This document shows, piece by piece, positions 9,269 through 18,442 of a stretch of 64,000 nucleotides of DNA. Positions within the stretch are counted from its first letter, which is position 1. Each line of letters begins with the position of its first letter. The DNA comes from Candidatus Micrarchaeota archaeon. Lineage in GTDB: Archaea; Micrarchaeota; Micrarchaeia; Micrarchaeales; CABMGC01. The DNA lies in contig JAJYED010000001.1 of assembly GCA_021790305.1 (NCBI GenBank), positions 11,844-75,843 of the forward strand, in the 5' to 3' direction. A program made the position numbers and the translations under genes. The notes under the pieces were generated by a model that searched no databases, was not told where the DNA came from, and worked only from the letters and a program-made list of their open reading frames with translations.

Positions 9269-9350
9269 AAATTATACTGATTATGTAATTCTTCTGTATA
9301 TCCGCGCGTAAGTGCCTGTTTTTAATCTTTATGCCGTATGGCAGAAAGCT

Positions 9351-9358
9351 ATTTAAAG
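9351..9358 (+). promoter_or_regulatory. TATA-box-like element upstream of the pilin-candidate gene
   Basis: ATTTAAAG lies ~32-39 nt upstream of ATG 9390. Confidence 0.35.
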
Positions 9359-9389
9359 GTGGACGTTAACAATCATCTATAGTGGTTTA

Positions 9390-9860
9390 ATGAATTGGAC
9401 TACAATAAGGACAGCTTTGGTAAAAGCAATGATGATGAATAAGATGCTGCTTATCGCAGCAATGTTTGCAGGAGTGGTACTTGCATCTGCACAATTTAGC
9501 TTAGGCAGTGGCCTCGGTGGCATAACAGGTAGCGCTAGCCCAAACACTCAGGGAATTCAGAACTCACTCTGTCATGTTATTCAAGGGGTGCAACAGGTAG
9601 TTGCAGTAGTATCAATACTGCTCTTCGTACTCGGAGGTCTTATGTATGCAATAGCGCATATGATGCCTGCTGCAGGACAACTAAGAGGAAACCTGCAGGG
9701 ATGGTCTATGGGAATGATAGTAGGAGGAATAGTTGGTCTGATACTTGTACTATTGGCTCCTGGACTGGTCGGCTTCATAGTGGCTAACGGACAAGCTGCA
9801 GGAGGCGCAGTAACAAGCGCCGGATGCAGCAGCTTTGGCATCAACCTTGGCGGTTTCTGA
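9390..9860 (+). CDS. Secreted two-helix hairpin protein, candidate VirB2/TrbC/CedA1-type conjugative-pilin-like subunit
   Basis: Signal peptide (MNKMLLIAAMFAGVVLASA/QF) followed by a short polar segment. Hydrophobic helix 1 is VVAVVSILLFVLGGLMYAI. A short basic loop follows (AHMMPAAGQLRGNLQG). Hydrophobic helix 2 is WSMGMIVGGIVGLILVLLAPGLVGFIV, then a G/A/S tail. The topology is that of VirB2-family pilins. No sequence search was possible. Confidence 0.5.
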   Translation: MNWTTIRTALVKAMMMNKMLLIAAMFAGVVLASAQFSLGSGLGGITGSASPNTQGIQNSLCHVIQGVQQVVAVVSILLFVLGGLMYAIAHMMPAAGQLRGNLQGWSMGMIVGGIVGLILVLLAPGLVGFIVANGQAAGGAVTSAGCSSFGINLGGF

Positions 9861-9878
9861 ATCATATGATATAAAAGC

Positions 9879-9916
9879 GGATGGGGCTTTTCCCCATCTC
9901 TTTTTCTTTTTTATTT
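9879..9916 (+). terminator. Hairpin plus T-run terminator after the pilin-candidate gene
   Basis: GATGGGG-CTTTT-CCCCATC forms a 7-bp stem, followed immediately by TCTTTTTCTTTTTTATTT. Confidence 0.5.
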
Positions 9917-10004
9917 ATCCATCAAGATATTGGTTCTTGTAAACCAAACATATGCTTTAAATAAGTTGTTTGAATCTTAATATTACGGTGTTTATCTGGG
10001 AAGT

Positions 10005-10751
10005 GTGCTTGCTGACTCTTTTGAGACTTATAAGTCCAACATAAGGCTTGTCATCCTCTTCTCAATACCATTCATAATCGCATTCCTCATTCCTTTAATA
10101 GCCGTCCATGATGCATATGTAAGTGCAGGGGGGATCTTCCTAAGGACAGCAAACCTCTTCCATAATCCAACTCCGTTGGGATTGAGCATAATAGCAATTG
10201 CAGAGTTCTTCTCCCTGTTATTCATCAGCCTTGCGTTCGTGCTGATAAGCCTGATAGTCAAATCAAAGAGGACCCATGTGCGCATAGGGCAGATGGCCTT
10301 CAAGGAGATAGAGAAGAACATAAGCAAGGTCTTCGTAGTATTGCTTATATATACATTCATACTCCTGCTCGCAAACATAGTCGGATATTATCTGGGATAT
10401 GAAGCTCTATTCACAATAGTGGTCGGGATTGCAGGGATAATACCTATCTTCTATGTACCAAGTGCAATAGTCGTAGATGGCAAGAGCATATCCAGGGCAG
10501 TGAAGGAGAGCGTAAAGCTGATAGCGCAGGAGCCGCAGTACTTCATTATCTGGATAATAAGCGCCATAGTTGTCATATTCATAGCTGATTTTGCATCGAT
10601 ACTCGGATCAATAGCTATTCTCGGACCACTTACAGGAACAGTAGTATCTGAGTATCTTGTACTGATCCTGAACTCCTTATTCATACTGCCATACTTCATA
10701 ATCTTCATAGCAGAGGCATACATGAAGAAGTTCAAGCTCCTTAAGCACTGA
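10005..10751 (+). CDS. Polytopic membrane protein (about 6 TM), unknown function
   Basis: GTG start. The sequence is hydrophobic nearly throughout, with short basic loops (KSKRTHVR, KKFKLLKH). Confidence 0.6.
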   Translation: MLADSFETYKSNIRLVILFSIPFIIAFLIPLIAVHDAYVSAGGIFLRTANLFHNPTPLGLSIIAIAEFFSLLFISLAFVLISLIVKSKRTHVRIGQMAFKEIEKNISKVFVVLLIYTFILLLANIVGYYLGYEALFTIVVGIAGIIPIFYVPSAIVVDGKSISRAVKESVKLIAQEPQYFIIWIISAIVVIFIADFASILGSIAILGPLTGTVVSEYLVLILNSLFILPYFIIFIAEAYMKKFKLLKH

Positions 10752-10788
10752 ATAATCCATTTATAAATTATACAGGAGCAACTATATC

Positions 10789-12060
10789 ATGCGACTGCAA
10801 GCTCTTGTACTATTAACGGCATTTGCAATACTCACAGGGCTTCTTCACGCATCTCTCTTTATCACCCCTCCTGGGTACAGTACTCTGGTTTCCAATACTC
10901 CTAATGCTTGTACAGCGGTAATACATGCTACAGGAGGGACAATCCCAAGCACGCAATCTGGCGGCGCATTAATTACCTCACTTCCGGCAAATTCTTTCGG
11001 AATAGGGATTGCTCTTTTGGCCCTGGTCCTTTCAATAATGATTGTTGCGATTGTATACATGATAGGCAAGGTCTTTCCAAGCTCAGGGCTGCTTGGCTGG
11101 GTGAATCAGGAGTACTGGGAAATAGCAAAATCAGGACTAATATTATTGGCAATATTCGCACTACTTATCTTCATGAGCAATATAGCAGTAGCAGTAACTA
11201 ATACACCAGTAACTGCATACAGTAAAACAAATACTTACCTTAACAACATAAACGGACTGCTATATTCTTCAGAGACCTATCTTCTTACTGTTGACTCATA
11301 CTCTGCTGCAGGCTGGTGCACTCTAGGGCGTATTGATCTTGGTACGGCACTAATTAACAGTATCAAAATAGAGTACTATTTACCGTTTGACATATTTGAT
11401 GTAGGCCTCAAATTCGGGTTTGAATTCTCTCCTCTAACATCTGCTACAATACTGGCTGGAAGTGATCCTACAATAAGCCAATTACAGTCTATGTTTGTAG
11501 ATACGATAATACTTCTCTATTATCCGCTATCTATGGTAGATATAGTACTGATAGAGATTCTCCCCATCCTCGTATGGATAGGTCTAGGGTTCTTTATACC
11601 ATTCGGGATCTTTTGCAGAGCGCTACCTGTAATACGTCCCCTAGGGGGCACGCTGATCGCCATAGGTATCGCTCTTTCAATACTCCTTCCTTCAGTTCTA
11701 GTTATGCTAAACGTTCCTGTTACTAGCGTAATGCAAAACGTTCTGCCGATAAACGCTATTACCAGCCAGAATAATGCGTGCAAGCTTGGAAATGTGGTAT
11801 TTGACTATGCGTGCAAGGGACTCAATACGGTAGTTGGCGGCATATCTGGCATCGCCGATAGTCTTATATGGGGATTCTCTGCTTTTGGAGGCCTATATAC
11901 TATATTGAATGTGCTCATACCCTATCAATTATTCATGATGCTGCAAGAAATACTCTTAGTACTGGATATAATTATAGTCTATGCCATAGCAGATAATATA
12001 GCTATAGCTTTGGGAGGAAAGATGCCTACAAGTATTGGCGGTAAATTCAAACTTATTTAG
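10789..12060 (+). CDS. Polytopic membrane protein, array paralog 1 (VirB6/CedA-like by position and topology only)
   Basis: N-terminal signal-like helix and multiple TM segments. It carries the shared motif RPLGGTLIAIGIALSILLP and an early acidic motif NQEYWEIAKSG. TTTATAAA lies 22-29 nt upstream. Confidence 0.65.
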   Translation: MRLQALVLLTAFAILTGLLHASLFITPPGYSTLVSNTPNACTAVIHATGGTIPSTQSGGALITSLPANSFGIGIALLALVLSIMIVAIVYMIGKVFPSSGLLGWVNQEYWEIAKSGLILLAIFALLIFMSNIAVAVTNTPVTAYSKTNTYLNNINGLLYSSETYLLTVDSYSAAGWCTLGRIDLGTALINSIKIEYYLPFDIFDVGLKFGFEFSPLTSATILAGSDPTISQLQSMFVDTIILLYYPLSMVDIVLIEILPILVWIGLGFFIPFGIFCRALPVIRPLGGTLIAIGIALSILLPSVLVMLNVPVTSVMQNVLPINAITSQNNACKLGNVVFDYACKGLNTVVGGISGIADSLIWGFSAFGGLYTILNVLIPYQLFMMLQEILLVLDIIIVYAIADNIAIALGGKMPTSIGGKFKLI

Positions 12061-12067
12061 TGGTAGT

Positions 12068-13228
12068 ATGTTTTTCTTATTCGCAACAGCAACTTCGTAT
12101 CCGGGCTGTAGTTTCGGCGGAGTGGATACGAATAACTGGATACAAATAAATGCGCTGCTGCTTTTAATTGCAATATCGCTTGGTGCCGTATTCTACGCCT
12201 TTAGCAACATCTTGCCGCCTTCACAAAGCGAGAAGATGAAGGGCATGGTCAAAGCAGAGATATTTCAAGGGATGATAGGCATATTCATAGTTGCCGTTCT
12301 TGTATCATCGGCTTTCACGTGGTGCAACATAGGCATCTCTTTAACAAGCTCCTCAGGCATAACTACTGCCAATCCCATGGCATTCTCGGAAAGCTATCTG
12401 CAGAATCTGCTATTTACAAAAGGACTATCCCTGTTCGGATCTATATACTCGGAAACAGCATTATTGATGATAAACGGGATAGTATTGCAGCATGTGCTAA
12501 ACTTCGTACAGAGGATCGAGGCAAGCTATCTTCCTGTGCAGATAATTCTGTCGGAAAGATTGGCAGATGCACTGCAGAGTTATGCTATTGCATTTGGCTC
12601 TGCAAACCTTAGCATATTCTCAATAATCGCAGGGATAATATTCGTAATATATTTGGTTCTGCCTGTAGTCTCATCCATTGCGCTTACCGTGGTTGTGCCT
12701 ACTGCGATAGCCATGCGCATGCTCTCTTTCCTGGGTCCAAGGATAAGGGAGGCATCAGACGCTTTCCTTGCCATAGCGATAGCTGCATACTTTATATTTC
12801 CTTTAATGATAGTAATGAACAGCATGCTAATAAATTTCATTTACACTCCATGCACAGCTACTGTATCGACATGCAATCCTTATTCTACTTACCTGGGCCA
12901 GTACAAGCTCTCTCAGATACCTGCAGATTCGCTATTCAACACACCCCCGGCTTCTTTAGGCAGTTCCTTCTCTATATCTAAAAACTTCTTCGAAGGAATT
13001 ATCACAAGCCAAAATGGCCTTTTAGGAACATTCGGATCGATCTTTACCAATGCCTTCCTATTCCCTCAAGTAGTAATCTCATTTGCACAGGAGATAGCGC
13101 TTTTTGCTTTCCAGGGAGTATTCCTTATAGGACTTGATATACTTGTAACTATAATATTCGCCCAAGCTGTTGCAAAAGGGCTTAATTCAGTATCTGTTTA
13201 TGTCTCAGGAGGAGGTTTCTGGGGTTGA
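12068..13228 (+). CDS. Polytopic membrane protein, array paralog 2
   Basis: The ATG at 12068 is 8 nt after the paralog 1 stop (the track's TTG start at 12035 is an alternative). Motifs are REASDAFLAIAIAAYFIFP and VKAEIFQGMIG. Confidence 0.62.
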   Translation: MFFLFATATSYPGCSFGGVDTNNWIQINALLLLIAISLGAVFYAFSNILPPSQSEKMKGMVKAEIFQGMIGIFIVAVLVSSAFTWCNIGISLTSSSGITTANPMAFSESYLQNLLFTKGLSLFGSIYSETALLMINGIVLQHVLNFVQRIEASYLPVQIILSERLADALQSYAIAFGSANLSIFSIIAGIIFVIYLVLPVVSSIALTVVVPTAIAMRMLSFLGPRIREASDAFLAIAIAAYFIFPLMIVMNSMLINFIYTPCTATVSTCNPYSTYLGQYKLSQIPADSLFNTPPASLGSSFSISKNFFEGIITSQNGLLGTFGSIFTNAFLFPQVVISFAQEIALFAFQGVFLIGLDILVTIIFAQAVAKGLNSVSVYVSGGGFWG

Positions 13229-14874
13229 TGCGCATGAAATTAAGAATAACATTCATATTGTTCTTCCTTGCTGCAATTGCGACATATTCTGTTGCAAGTG
13301 CTGCTACACCAAGCACAAATAATAACTTCATAACATCATCGAGTATACTTAACAACTGGATCGTGATAGTCGCTGAGGGGGTCATTGCAAGCTTCATGAT
13401 TGTTTCAGTATACTACATGATAGGGTACCTGTTTAACAGATCAAGCATCAAGGCAGCAGCAACTTCTGAATTAGGCAAGCTTATCGGCATACTGATAGTA
13501 TCGATGGTAATACTGGGGGTATTTTATTCGTTCGGCGCTTCCCTGCTCTTTACAAATGCTGCTGGACAAGCTCAGATAGCGACCTTGTGCAACCAACTTC
13601 AGAATTCAAGGATAAATTTCATAAGCACTAATTCGCTAGTGCCTTCTCCTTCACCATCTAGTACGATATGCACTGATATAATAGACCCGAAAGCAGGCAC
13701 GAATATAGGCCAGGCTACGCGTTACATAGATTATGGTCTAAGCTCAGTATACATAATAGAGGACAATCTTACAAACCAATCTGCCCAGTCGTTAAACTCT
13801 GTTTATATATTCAGTACAATGCTGGGCTTCCTCAGGAAATACTCGATAACCGATTCGGTGTGTTTTCCGGCTCCGCCCTGTCTCATACCGGGGGAACTCT
13901 TCCAGACAGGCGTCGAACTCTCTTCCACCCCGTATGCCGGCTATCAAATAGGAAATACTCTCCCAAATGTGATAGGGACAGAGGCAAATGTCATATTCTA
14001 CTTCTTCCTGTTCCAACTTATACTGATACTTCTGATGCTGCTGATATGGCCGTATCTGCTGGCTGCCGGCTTGCTGCTTGAGACAAATATGTTTACCAGA
14101 AGACTTGGAGGCCTATTGATAGCAATAGTGATATCAAGCATGCTGGTATACCCGACAGTATTCCTGTTCGAGTACTCCTCCTTAAATAATCTGCAGAATG
14201 TACAGCCATATGGTGCATCATCAATACCCAGCCTTGCCCTGTGCGGCGCCCCTGCAGGAGGCACTCCTCTTGGCAAAACCCCATTGCTAAACGGCCAGCA
14301 GGCAAGCGGTGTTTATTGCTACACTGATGCAAAAGAGCTGCCATTAAGCTACATATACAAAGCAACTCTTCCGGATACGTTTACCGATATGGTTCCAAAT
14401 AACTATAAGAGCTACAGCCCGAATCTACTGGTTCCGGCATGCCCTAATAAAAATGCGCAAGGTTTATGCTTCTTCCAGAAGAATCTGAACTTTTTCGTAA
14501 TGCCAAAGATAAAAGACATACTTAACTTGTACTTTACGTGGCCAGCAGGCGGAAGTCTCCTTTCATTCGAAGCTCCATTCGTCGTGCCAGCTACTGCTCT
14601 GGTAAAGAACGTGGTAGACGCAATAGCTTCATTGACCAGCCTTCTCTCAGGCAATTTCATAGGGTCATTTCCATCAAGCATACTTGATTATTACGTGGAT
14701 CCTGCACATACTGTTGCAGCTATACTCGCATTGATTAACGTATATGCAATAGATGCTGTTGTAGGATTCATATTGCCGGTATTAAATGTACTTATATTGA
14801 TATCATCAATATTAGAGATCTCAAGGCTGCTGGGAGGTGAAAGGACCATACTTGGCCTAGAAAAATTCGTGTGA
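13228..14874 (+). CDS. Polytopic membrane protein, array paralog 3 (largest, with an extra extracytoplasmic insert)
   Basis: The ATG overlaps the upstream TGA (TGATG), and GGAGG lies upstream. It has the signal peptide MKLRITFILFFLAAIATYSVASA. Motifs are RRLGGLLIAIVISSMLVYP and ATSELGKLIG. Confidence 0.65.
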   Translation: MRMKLRITFILFFLAAIATYSVASAATPSTNNNFITSSSILNNWIVIVAEGVIASFMIVSVYYMIGYLFNRSSIKAAATSELGKLIGILIVSMVILGVFYSFGASLLFTNAAGQAQIATLCNQLQNSRINFISTNSLVPSPSPSSTICTDIIDPKAGTNIGQATRYIDYGLSSVYIIEDNLTNQSAQSLNSVYIFSTMLGFLRKYSITDSVCFPAPPCLIPGELFQTGVELSSTPYAGYQIGNTLPNVIGTEANVIFYFFLFQLILILLMLLIWPYLLAAGLLLETNMFTRRLGGLLIAIVISSMLVYPTVFLFEYSSLNNLQNVQPYGASSIPSLALCGAPAGGTPLGKTPLLNGQQASGVYCYTDAKELPLSYIYKATLPDTFTDMVPNNYKSYSPNLLVPACPNKNAQGLCFFQKNLNFFVMPKIKDILNLYFTWPAGGSLLSFEAPFVVPATALVKNVVDAIASLTSLLSGNFIGSFPSSILDYYVDPAHTVAAILALINVYAIDAVVGFILPVLNVLILISSILEISRLLGGERTILGLEKFV

Positions 14875-16049
14875 TTTTTGTGAGAAAATACGCCCTGTTG
14901 ATAATATTCGTCTCCGCCCTACTTCCGGTATTGCATGCTTCATCTGTTCCATTCCCCAGCGGCCAGAATATCTTCGACTGTACTACCCTTTTCACAAACA
15001 ATGTGAACGGCAATTCTCTGGTAAGTCCTGCTCTTGCTTCCTACTCATCTTACACCTCACTCCTAAAAATATCCTTATTGGTTGCATTTGCAATGATCAT
15101 GTTGATGGGATTAGTATATGTCCTTGGAATAGCATCAAAGTGGGACATGCTCAAGAAATTCGCAGCTAACGAATACTTGGAAGATTTCTTAAGCATAATT
15201 ATAATATTAATAGTAATCGGCGGCATAGCTATATTCAACAGCGCATCTGTAACTGTTGCAAATACGTTTACAGTTAATCCAAGTTCTTCTACCACTTCAA
15301 TTCTGACTCCTGCCTCTTTATACACATCCTTATGCAGTAATATGTTTAGCAACATGATTGAACCAGGGCTTCTAACAGAAATATGGATAGAGATTAACAG
15401 GATCCTAATCGGATTGATTGGCGGATTGAAAATCGATCTGGCTCCTAGCAATTTCGGGATAATCTTCGTTCCTCTTGCAGGATTCTCTTTGGTAAACCAA
15501 CTGCTATGGATTGAAGGCGGCGCATCTTTCTTCATGCTTTCAGCCGGTGCAATGATGATAGTGCTGCTTTTTGTGATATACTACCTGTTCCCGCTCTTCC
15601 TGTACCTTGGCATTGCACTCCGTGCCTTCCCATGGACGAGGGCTGCAGGAGGGGCATTCATAGCGCTATTTGTTGCCTTCTATATATTCTTCCCTGCAAT
15701 TATGTACCAGTTCTCAACAAGCTTCTCTACCTTTACCAATCCCAGCAGCAGTGCAGTTGGTTTATGTTCTTCAGGAAAAACAAACTGCGTCAGCAGTCCA
15801 GAAAGCCTTGCTACCAGCTCTTTCAAGGCATATCTGGGCGTGCTTAACCTTGACGTTGGATACACGGCATATACTAATATATACTACTTTTCTTACATCT
15901 TCCTGTATCTTGCACTTAATGTATTCGGCTTAATACTGGCTCTGCTTATATCGTATGAGGTACTTGGCATAGTCGGAAGACTTCTAGGAGCCAGTTCTGT
16001 CAAAGGAAGCAACATGTTCAAGAAGATTCTCTCTCCAAATAAACCATGA
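14871..16049 (+). CDS. Polytopic membrane protein, array paralog 4
   Basis: The GTG start overlaps the upstream stop by 4 nt (GTGA). Motifs are RAAGGAFIALFVAFYIFFP and AANEYLEDFLS. Confidence 0.62.
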   Translation: MIFVRKYALLIIFVSALLPVLHASSVPFPSGQNIFDCTTLFTNNVNGNSLVSPALASYSSYTSLLKISLLVAFAMIMLMGLVYVLGIASKWDMLKKFAANEYLEDFLSIIIILIVIGGIAIFNSASVTVANTFTVNPSSSTTSILTPASLYTSLCSNMFSNMIEPGLLTEIWIEINRILIGLIGGLKIDLAPSNFGIIFVPLAGFSLVNQLLWIEGGASFFMLSAGAMMIVLLFVIYYLFPLFLYLGIALRAFPWTRAAGGAFIALFVAFYIFFPAIMYQFSTSFSTFTNPSSSAVGLCSSGKTNCVSSPESLATSSFKAYLGVLNLDVGYTAYTNIYYFSYIFLYLALNVFGLILALLISYEVLGIVGRLLGASSVKGSNMFKKILSPNKP

Positions 16050-17131
16050 GGTTGTATATGATGAATGCTTCGGTTGGAAATTTTCCAGGATTCCTCTTTT
16101 CAGCAGTCTGTTCATTAAATAACATATTATCCTCTCCATATACTTTCTGGTTTCCGATAGTAGTAGTAGTGGCAATTGCAGTGATACTCATTGCAATATT
16201 GATAGGTATGTTGTCTCCGTTGCTTGGTAGAAACAATCTTGTACCCTGGGCAAGACTAAAAGCATACGAGGAGGTAGCAACAATAATATTCGCAATAATA
16301 TTTCTAAGTTTCTCCTCAATGCTCTGCGCAATAAATCCGATACCTGCTCTAAACTCAATCGGATTAGTGCCTACCGAATGCTCCTCATCATCAGCTGTCC
16401 CAATAAATAACATCTGGGGAATAGCAGTATGCAATATGTATACATTTAATACTCATGTCTCAGAGATTCTAACTGCAGGATACTGGCTAAATTTCCTTAG
16501 CGATGTAGGTCCAAAGTTTGGGTTTAGCCCTAATTTTGGCGGTGTTGGCATATCTGCTTCACTGTCACTATCTACAGGTCCGGAGAATCTGTATCTGTCG
16601 CCTATGTACTTCCTCATAATAGGAGAGATCATGGTATCAATGCTGCAGGTCATTCTGTTATCTTCTGCCCCCATATTATTCTCATTTCTAATAGGCATAG
16701 GTCTGATAGCAAGGTCATTTGGTATAACAAGAACCTTTGGAAACGCCATGATAGCTCTTGGAATAGGAATAGGGTTCATCTACCCACTACTCGTAACCAT
16801 AAGCTATGGGTTCATAAACACTACATTTACCAATGTGCTAAATGCCGCAGGAACATCCTTTGTCAATCTTTTTAAAGATTTCACGCTGAGCTTCTTGCTT
16901 TCATTGGTTTATCCTCTTTTTGTCAGCTCTTCGATTTATTGGGCAGCCGTAGCTGTAGTGCAGATCTGGAATATCCTAAGCCTGTTAATATTCCTTGCAG
17001 CCATAGTTGTAATGGGTCTGGTGTTCATACCTATGCTAAACTTCATGATACTCGATGCTTTTGTAAGGGACTTTTCAAGCTCGCTCGGACAGCAGGTATC
17101 ATTTCTAGATATGTTAATCGGGGTAGTTTAG
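16046..17131 (+). CDS. Polytopic membrane protein, array paralog 5
   Basis: The ATG overlaps the upstream stop by 4 nt (ATGA). Motifs are RTFGNAMIALGIGIGFIYP and LKAYEEVATI. Confidence 0.62.
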   Translation: MRLYMMNASVGNFPGFLFSAVCSLNNILSSPYTFWFPIVVVVAIAVILIAILIGMLSPLLGRNNLVPWARLKAYEEVATIIFAIIFLSFSSMLCAINPIPALNSIGLVPTECSSSSAVPINNIWGIAVCNMYTFNTHVSEILTAGYWLNFLSDVGPKFGFSPNFGGVGISASLSLSTGPENLYLSPMYFLIIGEIMVSMLQVILLSSAPILFSFLIGIGLIARSFGITRTFGNAMIALGIGIGFIYPLLVTISYGFINTTFTNVLNAAGTSFVNLFKDFTLSFLLSLVYPLFVSSSIYWAAVAVVQIWNILSLLIFLAAIVVMGLVFIPMLNFMILDAFVRDFSSSLGQQVSFLDMLIGVV

Positions 17132-18226
17132 ATGAGAAAAGCAAGTGTATATCTGATAACTATCTTGTCCATACTACTAATCGGCGTGGCGAGCGCACAA
17201 TCAACAACATCCTCTGTCTGTAATACTGGAAGTGCTATACAATCAGCAGCTCCATGGTATTGCAGCCAGGTAAATACACAAGCCCAGAGCGTCTGGGTTC
17301 AATGGGCACCTCTTGCCATAACTGTTGCGTTATTCTCGTTCATGATAGGCGTTCTTATATTCATGGCTGGAATAGCCATGAAGAACAACACAGTCCGGAG
17401 TTTCGGAGTAGGTGAGCTGTATGAATCCATTGCGTCTATGCTGATTGTGGCAGGCTTCCTATTCATAACCGCAGTGCTTTTTGGTCTTATTCCATCGATT
17501 GTCACAGGCCCGATAAATCCATACAATACTTCGCTTAGCTACATAGCAACTACTATAAACACTACGAGCTCACTGGCATCAAGACTCTTCATAATAGGCT
17601 CGTTAGATGCATACTATGCAAGTATAAGCGTACAACTATACATCCCAGGAATTACGGATAACACCGAGGCTCCCACCCCTCTCTCTTCCAAACCATTTGG
17701 AATATTGATACTTCTATTCTACTGGCCGGCATGGGCACTTATGCAATTCATGCTGGATGCGCTAATTTCGCTTTATGCCCAATACTACTTTATCCTATTC
17801 TTCTTATACGCAGGCATACCTGTCTTTTTGATACCTGGCGTTATACTAAGGGCTTTCCTGCCGACCAGGGGGGTAGGAAGCATGATGATTGCAATAGCGA
17901 TCGGCTTCTTTTTGGTAATGCCTGTACTGTTCTCTGTTGCCTACTACTTTACCAATCTTGGCGCGTTAAAAGCGCTATCTAACACCTATTCTATACTAAC
18001 CCAGTATGGATCAGGCACAGGGGCGCAGGCAAATGCCCTTTCTCCTTCATCACCGCTTGTCCTTGCTGTTTCCAATTCCAGCAGTGTAATGGGTGGCTTC
18101 TGGCTATCCATATTATTCTTCCCAGCCATAATACTTGCAATAACCTACTCGGTAGTAGCTAACATCGCAAACCTTATCGGGGGAGCAGCAAAAGCAGGCA
18201 GCAGCAGGCTAAGAAGTCTGATATGA
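17132..18226 (+). CDS. Polytopic membrane protein, array paralog 6
   Basis: The ATG directly abuts the upstream TAG. It has the signal peptide MRKASVYLITILSILLIGVASAQS. Motifs are RGVGSMMIAIAIGFFLVMP and GVGELYESIAS. Confidence 0.65.
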   Translation: MRKASVYLITILSILLIGVASAQSTTSSVCNTGSAIQSAAPWYCSQVNTQAQSVWVQWAPLAITVALFSFMIGVLIFMAGIAMKNNTVRSFGVGELYESIASMLIVAGFLFITAVLFGLIPSIVTGPINPYNTSLSYIATTINTTSSLASRLFIIGSLDAYYASISVQLYIPGITDNTEAPTPLSSKPFGILILLFYWPAWALMQFMLDALISLYAQYYFILFFLYAGIPVFLIPGVILRAFLPTRGVGSMMIAIAIGFFLVMPVLFSVAYYFTNLGALKALSNTYSILTQYGSGTGAQANALSPSSPLVLAVSNSSSVMGGFWLSILFFPAIILAITYSVVANIANLIGGAAKAGSSRLRSLI

Positions 18227-18235
18227 AAGGATCAT

Positions 18236-18442
18236 TTACAACAGTGCGAATGTCATCAGAAATTGTTGATCATAACTATGATCATATTTAGTTATTGTTA
18301 CTACTGTCATTACCAGAACTACTGTTATCATTCGCAGAATAATTATTACTGCCATCCCAGAACTGCCGCTGTTATCGTTCATAGGATAACTACTGCCCTC
18401 ATTCCCTGAACTACTTTCCAGAGGCGTTCTAGTAAGAACCAT
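18236..18442 (-). CDS. Questionable 68-aa ORF (S/G/N-rich segment plus a hydrophobic helix) overlapping the end of the upstream gene
   Basis: The ATG overlaps the last 14 nt of the 278-aa gene. The region contains an out-of-frame direct DNA repeat (AAYGATAACAG..AGTTCTGG), so the frame assignment is uncertain. Confidence 0.25.
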   Translation of the reverse strand: MVLTRTPLESSSGNEGSSYPMNDNSGSSGMAVIIILRMITVVLVMTVVTITKYDHSYDQQFLMTFALL

